NCBI RefSeq assembly: GCF_001194135.2
Contig: NC_069000.1
Location: 21,016,701-21,080,700 of the forward strand
Reading direction: 5' to 3'
Source of the DNA: Octopus bimaculoides
Lineage: Eukaryota
Length of the DNA stretch: 64,000 nt
Part shown: one piece after another, positions 37,811 to 50,500 of the stretch
How the letters are laid out: the number at the start of each line of letters is the position of its first letter
Position numbering within the stretch: position 1 is the first letter of the stretch
Position numbers and translations under genes: made by a program
Notes under the pieces: model-generated
The model's input: the letters and a program-made list of their open reading frames with translations, nothing else
Told to the model about the DNA's origin: nothing
Databases searched by the model: none

Positions 37811-38559
37811 TAGGTAATTAGTAAATTTACAGCCAAAACTATCATTAGATTTTCTTTATTTTGACTTCCTCTTTTGTACACACGAAAACAGATGTCTTAT
37901 TCCGAATGTGCCATTACTGTGTAAAATACGTTGGACTCTAAAACACAAGCGTATTACAAAATAAGTTATTTTTACGAAGTTTCTCAAATGCAAGTCTAGC
38001 CGTAAATAATAGATTGTAAAACATCGGGTAAAATCCCATCAGACAAAAAAAAGATAAAAAGTAGAAAGAATTATATATCAAGCAATTTGCAAAAGATGTT
38101 CAAGTAGACGCAACAAAATTTATCGCCATCAGAAGCAGACCAGAAAAGAGCATATGTGTCAATCTCAGAGTACTGTGAGACGACTAGTTAGAGGAAAATC
38201 GGGGTGAAAATATAATTTTCTATACTGTCGACCATTTTAGTATGTAGTATTCATGACATGATTTTGCACATCTGGAAATATATGAAACCTCGATAGTCTT
38301 TGCATTGAAACAAGAGATGACAGTGCTATAAAATTATTTGGCAAATTCTTCGGTCGATCATCGTATTTTTTATTCGTGTCAACCACTGGAATCAACCCAC
38401 GTGTCTGCTGCAGATCAGACAACTGTGATACCACTACACCAAAAAAAAAAAAGCTTTGGTAAGCTAGATTTGCATTTCAGCAACATCGTTTAAAGACTTT
38501 TTAAATTTGTTAAGCTTTGAACATACGGTTCAAATAGACTAATGTATTTGAAAAGTTGT

Positions 38560-38805
38560 GTCCTTGGGCAAAATATTTTATTTCACGTTGCTCCAGTCCA
38601 CTCAGCTGGCAAAAATGAGTAGTACCTGTATTTCAAAGAGCCGGCCTTGTCACACTCTGTGTCACGCTGAATCTTCCTGAGAACTACATTAGGGGTACAC
38701 GTGTCTGTGGATTGCACAGTCACTTGCACGTTAATTTCAAGAGCAAGCTGTTCCGTTGATCGTATCAGCTGGGACCCTCGTCGTCGTAACCGACGGAGTG
38801 CTCCA
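38560..38805 (+). mobile_element. SINE family A variant
   Basis: ccttgggcaaaatattt...ccggccttgtcacactctgtgtcacgctg...gtaaccgacggagtgc. Confidence 0.85.
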
Positions 38806-39164
38806 CACGATATACACTTCCAGAACGAGCTGTCAAGAACATAAAAAACTTTTTTAATACTTTATAACGTATAAAATTCAGGAAGAATGTTACCACTAAG
38901 GAATTTCACATATTCGTGCAGGTTTATTTCATGGCAGCAATGTAAAATAGGGACAACAAGGTTACACTAATACCCACGAAGGACTATAGTCGTACTTTGC
39001 ATAGAAATAAAGGAAATGCTAAACCAACAGCACATGTACGTCAATATCTTCAAATATACACTGGAGGATATGAACAACTCTTCGAATCGTAAAATCGTCT
39101 TCTAAACAGTCGGATGTCTGGGTGCAGAACATGAAGGATGATACAGTACTTTGTCAATGATAAG

Positions 39165-40330
39165 GTGTCCGGTCAATTCGTCGACGGCCATTAGTCGTCG
39201 TTTAGTTTGTCCCCAGTCAATTCGTCGTTAGTCGATTCGTCCCCAGGTCAATTCGTTGTCAGTCTTTGTCGAGATCATAGATAAAATGGAAGAACGAATA
39301 TCTGAAATAAAAAAACGTTTATTCTAAGGTTTACTGTATTACATATTTATCTTTTCTTAAAATTTAAGATTGCGTGCAATTGCTTTTAGAAAAATAATTT
39401 TTTTGCTTGAATAATATTTTTCCATGACAATTTTTATACGCAGGTTCATATCTCTGTATTTCTTCTTCTGACTTGGTTCTTCTGCAATTTGCTACTGGCA
39501 AACCTTTCCACACATTTAATCATATCAATAAGTTTTCAAATATTTAGATGACTAACATTCACTGTGTTTTTCAGTGCGCCGTGGTAGGCTTCTAAACTAT
39601 TTGTAATATGAGCAGTCCCCGTCATACATCGATCCCAAACATTCCATATAGGTAATGGAAATGGAGATTCAAGGCGGTGCCTCCTCTGTCTTCTTCCTCT
39701 AGGTGGTCCTATATAATTATTTTCAAAATAGGATACAATTAACTGTGGAATATCATCATCATCGACAAGTTGTCCATATCCATCTACAATATCATCAACT
39801 GGCAGGAAGGGCAACCGTCATCTTAGTGCCAAATTCGACCCAGGAAACGATTCCAGAAATCCGTTATGGGCTGCTTTTCCGAAATCCATAGTTATATTAT
39901 CAGGTCTCTCATTCTGCAATAATTCATTTATTTTGGCAAAAAGTCTACTACATGTCTTGACTTTCATCAGAGAGCAATGCGAACAATCGTGGGGCATTAA
40001 AATTATCAATTTGAATGTGAAGTATATATAACTGAAAAAATATACTAGAGCAGCACTTAAATGATCCATCTGCCGCCAAGTTCTTGTGCTGTTTTAACTG
40101 TCGAAGTGCTTCGTCACTTGCAAATATTAGTATTTGTTTTGAATCTTCCATTCCGCTCTCATACTGTAAAAACGTTTCATTATTGTCAAGGTAGGAGCAT
40201 TTACTTGGAATGGAAAACCCGGATAGGTGGAGGAAGAGAGAAGTTCTTCGGTCTCACAAATGATTTAGTGAACGGGAAAGATAAAAGCAGACGATGATTA
40301 GAAAATCATTTCAACTGAGCAACCCGATGA
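39165..40330 (-). mobile_element. MULE (Mutator-like) transposon fragment
   Basis: LAADGSFKCCSSIFFQLYILH (MULE DGTFK motif) and YFENNYIG...IWNVWDR...TNSLEAYH. Several gtcaattcgtc-like repeats at 39171-39260. Confidence 0.85.
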
Positions 40331-40838
40331 AGTTACCGATCTAGAGTTTTCTAAAACAAACCAGGCTAAACTCAATTATGATAGATGCGAAGTCAACAAT
40401 TCCGCTACATTCTGCATGTAAGATTTTAAAAATACATGGAAGGTATCTGAGAGCATTTCTTCTGCATACTCAGACGAACAATAACGGATAACTGTCTATC
40501 GCATGTGTAAGCACGAAGATGAATGCAAAACAACTGCCCCCATAATTTTAAGGAGAGAAAGTGTTTTTCGACAGGCTATCGCTTGTCCCACACATCAAAT
40601 TGTTGTACAAGCTTCTGAAAACTTACGTCGCAAATTATGTTGAATAGAGCAGCGCCGTCAAAACAATCATTTATGGTATGAAGTAAACCAAGAAGACCGG
40701 TGACATCGCTATCTTTGCTACTGACACAGAGCACAATGATGGTAAACTGCATGAAGTCGAACTACATGTGTATAAGTGTATGTGCACGCGTGTGCGTGTG
40801 TAGATAGATAGATAGACAGACAGACAGGCAGGCAGGCT

Positions 40839-40899
<61 letters not shown>

Positions 40900-40959
40900 T
40901 CATTACAAAAAATGAACTAGTCGGGATAACAACGCGTTTCTTGTCCGTATCATTTTGTT

Positions 40960-41650
40960 CTGTAATATCATCACCTTATTCTCTATGCCTATGAAGAAGA
41001 GCTTTGTAGTTACATCTTCTGTTGTTATCCAAAAATCCCAAGCATCATCGCCAAACGAAAAACAATTATTGCTTTTGTCAAACTTGGTGTGAAGATGGCG
41101 TCATCTGCCGGGACCATGTCCCCAGATCTGCCAGTAACAGTGCGAAACTGGAATTTGAAAGAAGACTGAGACAGTTGCTGACGCTTCCAGAAACTGACCA
41201 CCTCAACATCGCTGAGCCCAGACATAGCGATGATCTCGGAAGATTCCAAGCAAGTGGTACTATTAGAACACTGCATTCTCTTGGAGTACCGTACTGAGGA
41301 GGCAAACTGTAGGAAGAAAATAATATATACTGAGCTGTTACAACGAAACAACTACTTACGAGCAAGGTGTGATCCCATTGAGAAAGGATTCTGAGTGTTC
41401 GCGAGTCAGCCCCTCTACTGAGGTTACAATGTGCTAGGCATCACAAGGACCCAGTAAACAGAAGATCATCAATTAGACTATGGAGAAGGTAGAGATCGTT
41501 CCAAGGTTGTTACAAATCAGGTGTCAGCTAACTTAACGTAAGCTGGAGCCTGATCGACTGTGATTGGGTCACTTAGATGAAGGTGTCTGACTGTTGAAAG
41601 ACATGAAAGAACCCAATAACTCCAGATGACATCACTGACGGAATATCCAG
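40960..41650 (+). mobile_element. HERO-like LINE 3' end (restriction-like endonuclease region)
   Basis: Frameshifted reading RNWNL..LRQLLTLPE..TSLSPDIAMISEDSKQVVLLE...EEANCRKK..YTELL...RARCDPIEKG matches the HERO TSLRPD...QVVLLELTVPWE pattern. Confidence 0.7.
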
Positions 41651-41674
41651 GTGTGTGTATGTATGCATGTGTGT

Positions 41675-43551
41675 TTCTTTCTTTGAGTTTAATTTAGGTT
41701 CTTCTTGAGAGAGTTCAAGCCGGTTGCTAGCAAAGCAACAAGACTTTTTTTTAGTTAAGAGACTTCCCGGTGTTTGTAAACATGTGGTTGAATTGGTTGA
41801 ATTGGTTGAATGTCTTACAAATTTCCATTGTGCCACTAATAGGTTGGATTTGGAGAATCCGCATCAGTTTCTTTTGCTCTTTTTCCGTGAAACCAAGTGT
41901 TTCTAGGTTTTTGTGCAAGTTTGTCGGTATATAACTTAATACGCCTATGATGATAGGTACAAATGAGAATTCATAGTCAGGGTGCAAGAGCTGTAAGTTC
42001 GACATTAATTTGCCATAAATTCTCTTGCTCTCTTTCACCACTACTTTTGGCTGTGCGTTCACATCTGCTGGGCAGCTGACCTCCATAACAGCGCATGACT
42101 TTTGTTCCTGTCCCATAGAATAATATCAGATCTGTTTTGTTTGCACCCAATTGATGTTTTTATTGGGGTGTTCCAGTAGTATTCCTTGTTTTTAAAGGTA
42201 TGAATACTGCTGGTTCTGACATGACTTTGATGTATACATCAGGGCAGTCCTTCCAACGGATAACATTGTAAATAGTCTTTGCAACTATATCATGCCTCAG
42301 GGACAGGTAGTATCTCGTAGACATTTTGGGACAGCTTCCGATGATGTGAGTGATATTTTCCACACTGGTATAGCAGAACCGACATTTTTTATCACAACGT
42401 GGAGGTTTGGTGATATCTTTGTCCCTTTTGTTTATCAGATATTTAATAACTATTGCCTGTTCCTGGATAGCGAAGGTATCTTCTTGATGGGATGTAATGT
42501 ATCTATCGCAGGTTCAGGAAAGGCTACTCTTCCTATCAATGCTGTTGTTACCCTCTAGCTTACGGTATATGTACCCATGCATTACTTTTTGTTGGTATGG
42601 TGCCTGCTTCTCCTCCAACATTTTGTTTAGGTAGGTCAGTCAGCCTCCTTTGGGTCGCATGAGACAGTTGTATTCTCAGAGTAACGGCGCAGCAGTTCTC
42701 CAGATGTTGTTGCTCTCACTTTTGAGTATGCATGGAATGTACTAATTTTTCTCTTTACTGTGTTGTCTGAGTGATACATTGCGGCATTCAAAGGCTGTTT
42801 GGACTCACCTTACACCTCTACCGCCATCACTTCGTCTCACATAAATCCTATTATTGCCATAGTTAATGTGGAAGTTACCAGCAGTGGTCAGTACTTTTCT
42901 GGTTTTTATGTCCAAGTTGTGTATCTCATCGAGTGTCCAGTCGAATATCTCAAATGTTGGCACTAGCACTGGTACTGCAAAAGCAGTGTGAGATATGGTC
43001 TTGTTAAATGCAGACAGCTCTGAGTTCTATATTTTCCAGAGTCTAAAGAAGTACTCTTTTGTTACTCTGGCCTCAGTCACCAAAGTATGCAACATTCTCA
43101 TCGATTCCGAGGTATTTGTAGCTTTCATAATTAGAGATAGGGAAGATAGACAAGCCGTTAATATATATGTTCTCTGCCTGGTCGACAATCTTTCTTCGGT
43201 TGACTATCATGTCCAAACTCCATTCCTATATCTCGTAACTAGTTCTAATTGTCTATTGATTAGTTCTACTAGTTGTGACTACTTCTAATTGCTTCTTGGT
43301 GTTGGTCATCTTACCAGAATATAATTTTAGGTCATCAGCAAAAAATGTGTGGGTAACATTAACTTTATTTTTTTCATCATATCTCAGCATGTAGCCTTGA
43401 CATTTTGTTAACAGTGCTGACAAAGGATTCAATGCCAGTACAAACAACATTACAGATAAACTATCACCCTGGAATATAACCGTTGATTGCTTAATTCTGT
43501 TTGTAACAATGGGTGTTGCTTTAGTAGTTGACAATGATAACTGTATGGACC

Positions 43552-43552
<1 letters not shown>
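41675..43552 (-). mobile_element. 5'-truncated R4/Dong-like LINE (RT + CCHC + RLE)
   Basis: IFQGDSLS..LFVLALNPLS and FADDLKLY (RT); ENITHIIGSCP...RHDIVAK (CCHC); NRSDIILWD...MEVSCPADVN (RLE). Confidence 0.9.
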
Positions 43553-43584
<32 letters not shown>

Positions 43585-43768
43585 TTGTATGTATGTATGT
43601 ATGTTCACTTTCCCCTTTTAATTTTAGAGTAAATCTTGACCGGCCACTTACATGCAGATTTTTAGAGTCCCATATATCGTGATCATTTGTTTATATGAAT
43701 TATGGATTTGTATTTTCTCCCCAAGTTCCCAAGTTCAGCCTGCTCATATATGTATGTATGTATGTATG

Positions 43769-43802
<34 letters not shown>

Positions 43803-43819
43803 TGTATGTATGTATCTCA

Positions 43820-45700
43820 GGTCGCCCAAAAGTACTACTGGTAACATGTGGTCCGCTACAACTTCAACATCTCTAACGTCAATAGACCGAATGCATTATT
43901 AACATAGACAGGCAGGATCTTTACTTGATCTCTAAAATTTCCTTCATGGAACAATTAATAGTCTACTTAGTCAGAGATTAAAACGTTTTGGTTCTTTGCT
44001 TCATAAACAAGGATAGAAGTCAACCAGAATGTAAAGGTTGTACCAATGTTTTTCTCAGATCACAGTACAATAGAACTAATAATATCTGTTCCACAGTATT
44101 ATTATTGGGTATTGAAACAGAGCTCAAAGACCTGAACCTTATTCATCCGAAATTTCTACAAAGTAAATTGGAGCTGGATTCAAAAAGAGACTCTGAAGCA
44201 AAATTGACCCGAAACTCTCTATGAAAGACAATGAAATAAAACGTCATAAAACTTTTTTAAGATATGTCAAAAACACAAGCCATATGCATTATATTTGTCC
44301 CAGAGACTGGAAAGTCCTCATGAAGCGTGAAATAAAGATCTTAAATGGCTTAAATAAACAACTTAAGGACAGCGAGGAATCACACCTAGAGAAGGATACT
44401 TTTTAGCAACAGAAGAGAAACTCGGACTCTCTCACGAAGGAGAAATTGAAGAAGGAAAAACCAGGGCTGTGGAAAATATATAAATGAGCCCGAAGGCTTT
44501 TTGTAAATTTGCAAGGGAATCAGCTTCGGTATATTACAAAATAAGGTTATTGTTCGAAGGAAGTAGCTCACTCACTGCAGAGCCCTAAAAGATAAATGAA
44601 ATACTGAAGAAACAGTTCTAAAGTGTTTTCTCTTCTTCGCTGAGAGATATGCAAATAAGCCAGATGAATTCAAGAGAACAGCCTTACATATGGAAGTCAC
44701 AACCATCGATTTCATAAGCATAAAAAGAGAGAGATGCATTGCTAACTGTTGGTGAAATGAACTTAAACTCGGCTAAAGGCTTTAGTGGCATCCTAGCAGT
44801 TTTCTTAAAACCTTGCAAGAGGGCTCTGACAAAACCGTGGTAAACTTCTCAGTAAGTTCAAATAAATTATAATAAACCACATCCTTAAAGGAGGAAGCAG
44901 AGCAGATGCTTAAAACTACAAACTTATCTCTCTGGTCTCACCCATCAGTGAAATCCTGCAACGGCTTGTCAAGCAGAAGCTGATTACGTTCGTTGAAGAC
45001 TTGATCACTAACACATGGCACAGATTCATCAAGAGAAGAGCTGTTTCACACAGCTCCTACTGCATCAAACATGAAATATGTGTCGATTTTGCGAAGGCTT
45101 TCGATAAAATTGATCATAGAATTTAGGCGTATTTTGCATGAAGACCTGCATTTCCACTCGTACAAATTGGTCATTGGGCAACAGCTTAAACCATGGAACT
45201 AAGCACAGAGTAATGCTGGAGAGAGTGGAAGCCAACTTCCAAGAACGCCTTCAGAAATGCATCAATGAAAACGGACATCACATGATGGATGTTGTGTTCC
45301 ACACTTAATTATGACAAATGCTAATTCAATACAAATACATTGATATCAATAAAATTTGTTTGCAGCTAAAATTAATAATTTTATGAATTTTTCAAAAACG
45401 TCCGTCCTCTCTGCCCCATCCTGTATTAGAGAAGATCCTGGATTATCTAGCGCCAAACTTTAAAATAGAAAGCCTGGGTGTCACTACATAATACCAAAAA
45501 TCTAGCCCTCTTCCCCTAGAGTAAGGATACGACACTGTAACAGCTTAGAGTTTAGAGGCCCACGACTTCTTCAATACTTAAACTAAAAACCGAAGAAATA
45601 TGCGAGGTATAGATGAAGACGTATTCAAAAAATACTTCTTTATATCTGGAGTCCCAGACGAACCTATATCACGCAACAAACACAAACGAGGAAAGCACAA
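43820..45700 (+). mobile_element. Highly decayed CR1/L2-like LINE (APE to RT to 3' end, internally deleted)
   Basis: FNISNVN (APE); gtcgattttgcgaaggctttcgataaaattgatcat = VDFAKAFDKIDH. 3' part resembles 2590-2820. Confidence 0.7.
45120..45424 (+). mobile_element. Deleted Tc1/mariner (maT-like) element nested in the LINE
   Basis: RRILHEDLHFHSYKLVIGQQLKP; right end ...cctctctgccccatcctg-TA. Confidence 0.55.
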
Positions 45701-46819
45701 CCCAATTAACTGGTCCCTTTATGCTGATCCCCACCAGCATGAAAAGCAAAATAGACGTTTGTATAATTTGAACTCATAAGTCAAAGTGCCATAACTGTAT
45801 ATAATAATAAGAGTAGCAAAAATATGGACCTTGGACACAACTATTTGCTCCTAATTTTTTGTAGAATATCAACGGTAAATAAAACAATATTAAGACAAGC
45901 GAAATCAACTCTGACATGACCCGACCTTACAATGTTATACAAGACACCCACTTCCTCGAAAATCTTTATAAGAGAAGAAACAAACTGATGCGACTAAACT
46001 GGCAATTTGTAATATTAAAGTTAAAACATACACTTCTTATTTTCGTACATAAATTCTTATATATTCATATAACAGATTGCAAAAATTCCTGGTTTGTTTC
46101 AAAAAATAAAATCATCCAAATTGAAGGTCGATGGTGTACTTAAAGTTGACAGACATGATTTGAAGTGGTAAAATGAAAAAAAAAATAACAAAGGTGGTTA
46201 AAATTCAAATTGCCTAATTAGACAAAGCAACCTCGAGCAAGAAGAAAGAATAGTTTTACAGACTTGTCCAGAGAAAGAGACTCACATCATACCACATTTA
46301 GCAGACAATACACTCTGTACCATGTAACCTTATGAAAAGAGTTTACAACGCACAGTGTATCAAGTGATCTTGTATAAAGAACAAGTGACACGTGACCAAC
46401 AGACAAGTATTTAAATTGTTACATGTAACATTATGATACCAAAAGTTATGATTTCAAGATTGTGAGATATATATATCAGATACGCAATATTAAATATGTG
46501 TCGGATAAAATGAAAATATGAAAGAGATTGCAGAGATTGTATTTCTTCATCACTATAGTAGTATTAAAATAGTTTGAGTACCAAAAGAAAATTAATAAAT
46601 GTTTGCTTTTACTTAGACTGAACTGTTGTTATTTTCGACTATGCAGAAAAACAGATGTTGCATAGAAAAGAGAATAGGCACTTGAATCGTCAGATTTTAT
46701 TGTTAGCGTTCATTTAATTCATCTTTGAGGATTAAATGAATCAGTTCATAGGTCTGAAGTAAGTTCTATAATATATCAATTTGGTCTGATACTTTCACAT
46801 TGTCTCCAACAAGTGTTGG

Positions 46820-47025
46820 TTTCAAATTTTGGTACAAGGCCAGCAATTTCTGGGCTGTAGGATATTGACCTCAGTGATCATCTGGTACTTATTTTATCGA
46901 TCCCGATAGGATGAAAGTCAAAGTCGACATCGACAGAATTTAAACTCAGAACGTAAAGGCGGACGAAATGCCGCTGAGCATTTTACCCGGGGTGCGAACG
47001 ATTCGGCCAGCTTTCCGCCTTACCT
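46820..47025 (-). mobile_element. SINE family C
   Basis: ctggtacttattttatcgatcccgataggatgaaagtcaaagtcgac. Confidence 0.85.
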
Positions 47026-47129
47026 TCAACAAATATTGAAAACAAAGTACACATAATAGTCATTAGTTACACACATCATACACCAGCCTTACTATTTAAT
47101 CCATGCGTATCGGAAAAATTATTGGTAAT

Positions 47130-47530
47130 ACCGTATATATTTGATTGAATTCTTCCCATTGTATCAACGCAATATTTTTAAGATCACTTACAAGGACAGA
47201 ATAACAAACTTTGAAGTCCTGAGAAGAATAACTGCCCAGCCTGCAGAGATTGTGGCGGAAAGAAAAGACTGGTTGGTCATGTTTTCCATCTACCAGAAGG
47301 ACGAATATCCAAAACAGCTATACAATGGGTACCACCAAATGGACGATGAAACAGAGTGAGACCAAAGAAGACATGACACGCCAACTTTCAAAGAAAGACC
47401 TGAAGCAACTTAACACCACCTGGGAAGACGCAAGCGACAATACTCAAAAGCGGAATTAATGGAGACATCTTGCTGCCCAATGTACCAACCAGCTGTACAG
47501 GCAGAACTAAGGCTAAGACTAAAACCGTAT
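47130..47530 (+). mobile_element. RTE-clade LINE 3' end
   Basis: KITYKDRITNFEVLRRI...KDLKQLNTTWEDA...WRHLAAQCT. Confidence 0.8.
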
Positions 47531-48009
47531 TTTCAAGTTCAAATAGTGGACTGTTTTTTTTCAAATTTAGAAGCACCATAAATTTTTGAGAACAACGCAT
47601 TGATAGTAAACAGAAAACTTAGATTATTAATCTTTTCATTTAATCCAAAGTTATTCTAAATCTTAAAAATCAGTTATGACCAAGACAACAGATGACCATC
47701 AGTATATTATTAAATTTAACCCAATCCTTCAAATAGTTTCCCTGTTAGTAATAATAACTGAAAATCAACTTGTAACAAACAGGTGAATAGGATAGAATAT
47801 AGTTTTATCGCAAAAAAAATGAATTATGAGGAAAACTTTAATTTATACGAGGTGTACGTTTGTTGTTCAACCATTACAGGGGAGACAATCGCTTCTACAT
47901 TACGTTAACCCATTCAAAGCAATTCAACGACGGAATGTTATAAATTTTTTTACATTATCTTAGCTGCTAAGGACTCTTCAATAATAGTTTTCCAGTCATC
48001 CCAGTTGCG

Positions 48010-48420
48010 TTGGACAGAGACCAGTACCACCTCGCCTGCCTCCGTTCCGCTTCGCAACCAAACAGTGCCGTGTGGCTCAATTCGGTGCAAACCCCGTGTA
48101 TCTCTGCCCCTAACGCAGAGGAGAGAAAAATAAATAAATACAGGGGCTTGACTGGCCCTCTCAGTTTGTGTCGGTCACTGTCGAGACGTCAGGTGTTCTA
48201 GGACCCCGCGGTGAGCCGTCTGAGAAATGAGCCCTACGTGGTGGACTGGCTACTGCAGCGAGTGTCGCTGACCATTCTCTGCGGTAACGTCATCGCGAAC
48301 ATGACTGCAAGGCGCAACTAGACACGCCATTTGGTCTGGGTATGCGGCCCGTTGCTCCTTCCCCTTCCATCTTTTGCTACTTAATTCCACCCTTTTCATC
48401 CCCTTTTTCTGGGGTTTTTT
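48010..48420 (+). mobile_element. CRE-clade LINE 3' fragment, internally deleted
   Basis: SAVWLNSV, AEERKINKYRGL..QFVSVTVETSGVLGP and WLLQRVSLTILCGN. Confidence 0.75.
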
Positions 48421-48665
48421 CCCCTCGTAGTTAAAATATGACCGATGGTTACAGAAAGAATATTTTTCTCCTGTTATATTGCTTATTTTAATGGTATATT
48501 TGAAGAATACTTGTAAATATTTAACAAAAAAAACACAATAATATTTTTATTAAATTTAATATATCTATCTCCAAAATGGGATATTAGAGTTCAGATTTGA
48601 AAATTTGAAATTCACATCAAAATGTAAAAAGGATGTAGAAATCACATACACACACACACACACAC

Positions 48666-48698
<33 letters not shown>

Positions 48699-48994
48699 NN
48701 NNNNNNNNNNNNNNNNNNNNNNNNNNNNNNNNNNNNNNNNNNNNNNNNNNNNNNNNNNNNNNNNNNNNNNNNNNNNNNNNNNNNNNNNNNNNNNNNNNNN
48801 NNNNNNNNNNNNNNNNNNNNNNNNNNNNNNNNNNNNNNNNNNNNNNNNNNNNNNNNNNNNNNNNNNNNNNNNNNNNNNNNNNNNNNNNNNNNNNNNNNNN
48901 NNNNNNNNNNNNNNNNNNNNNNNNNNNNNNNNNNNNNNNNNNNNNNNNNNNNNNNNNNNNNNNNNNNNNNNNNNNNNNNNNNNNNNNNNNNNNN

Positions 48995-49044
<50 letters not shown>

Positions 49045-49675
49045 GTATGTATATATGTATGTATGTATGTATATGAAGGAGACATTCTCTGGAAATGAAT
49101 CCTAAGATTCATTTCTTATTTGGACGAATGAACTCCAGAAACGATTCTTAGAATATTTTATTTTCTTCTGTAACTCAAAACTCTTTTTAATGCCTATTAT
49201 TTTTTTTCTCAATACCATATTTTAATTTTAAAAAACAACGTTCTTTATCCATATACCACTATTATTATGTTTATAAGTCCATGTATATTTTTAGTATTCA
49301 TATATTTTTTATATTTTTATATCTCTAATATATCAAAAAAATGTTTCTGCTTGGACAATTCTTAGTTTTATCTTAATTAAACCCATATATTTATAGGTGT
49401 TAACCGTAGTTTGCCTGATTTGAACTTTTTCTATTGTATCCATTATATTTATCTAACGCCTCAGGTTCGACTTGAGTACTTCTACGCTATGTGTTTCGAA
49501 AGAAAATTATAACTATATATATATATATATATATATAAGGTATACGTTAGAGGTGTTAAGCCCTCTAAAGGACAGAAGTATCCAGAAGCACTCCTGGTAA
49601 TTACCTCAGCAAGTATGGTCCTTGGTATAAGGTATACGGCAGCAGGTAATTTAAGAGGTAAACCGTAGTATAATG

Positions 49676-49833
49676 TATATATAGACGATAAGAAAACAGA
49701 GGAAAAACAACAAATAGAAGTGTGTCTGTGGTGCTAAATAGCCATTATTTAATTAATTAAGCAACGGCTTTTAAACACCACAGACACACTTCTATTCGTT
49801 GTTTTTCCTACATTTTCTTATCATCTATATATA
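49676..49833. repeat. 158-bp imperfect palindrome (arms about 68 bp)
   Basis: tatatatagacgataagaaaac...gaagtgtgtctgtggtg is inverted as caccacagacacacttc...ttttcttatcatctatatata. Confidence 0.9.
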
Positions 49834-49859
49834 TAGAGGGTTAACAAGAGTTAACTAGT

Positions 49860-50082
49860 GAAACAGAGACAGGCAGAAACAAGAAAATGCCCCTGTTATT
49901 TGAATACTATACAAATATGTCTTTAAAAAGACTTTTCTTTTAAATTTACCAAAATTTAATTTTTCAATAATTTTTCAAAAATTTATCATTCATATTCACT
50001 GTTGAAAAGATCTCAAGGATCGAAACTGGTTCTGTAATGTTCTTTATAAAAGTATTTTAGCATTTTCTACTTTGTCTTTTTT

Positions 50083-50090
<8 letters not shown>
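49860..50090 (+). mobile_element. Possible Penelope-like terminal repeat with a degenerate hammerhead
   Basis: CTGTTGA-aaa-GATC-tcaag-GATC-GAAAC-tggttc at 49999-50032, in a T-rich segment between TA repeats. Confidence 0.4.
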
Positions 50091-50163
<73 letters not shown>

Positions 50164-50289
50164 TTCAAGACATTTATTAAGTTCTTAAAGTTGTTGGTAG
50201 CCATGTATAGCACTATTTCATCCTTCTTTGGTTTTTATGAAGTTAAATGTGAATTTAAGTTTGACTGTTACTAATTTTACCAGTATTAA

Positions 50290-50500
50290 GGCAGCAAGCT
50301 GGCTGAATTGTTAACATACCGAGCAAAATGCTTAGCAGCATTTCGTCCGTCTTCACGTTCTGAAATCAAATTCCGCTGGGGTCGACTTTGCTTTTTATCC
50401 TTTCGGTATATCCTTTCTCTAAAATAAGTACCAGTTGATCACTAGGGTGGATATAATCGATTTACCTTCTCCCTCGAACTTGCTGGTCTTGTGCCAAAAT
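50290..50500 (+). mobile_element. SINE family C
   Basis: gcagcaagctggctgaattgttaac...gtcgactttgctttttatcc...aaaataagtaccag. Confidence 0.85.

Noticed and set aside
38388-38440. tRNA-Gly-like sequence on the minus strand (ggtgtagtggtatca...gggttgattcc)
   Set aside because: Only A/B-box-like words match; acceptor and anticodon stems do not form. At most a decayed tRNA or SINE head.
41594-41606. miR-71-like tgaaagacatg
   Set aside because: An 11-nt match only, with no precursor hairpin, lying in the HERO-like 3' region.
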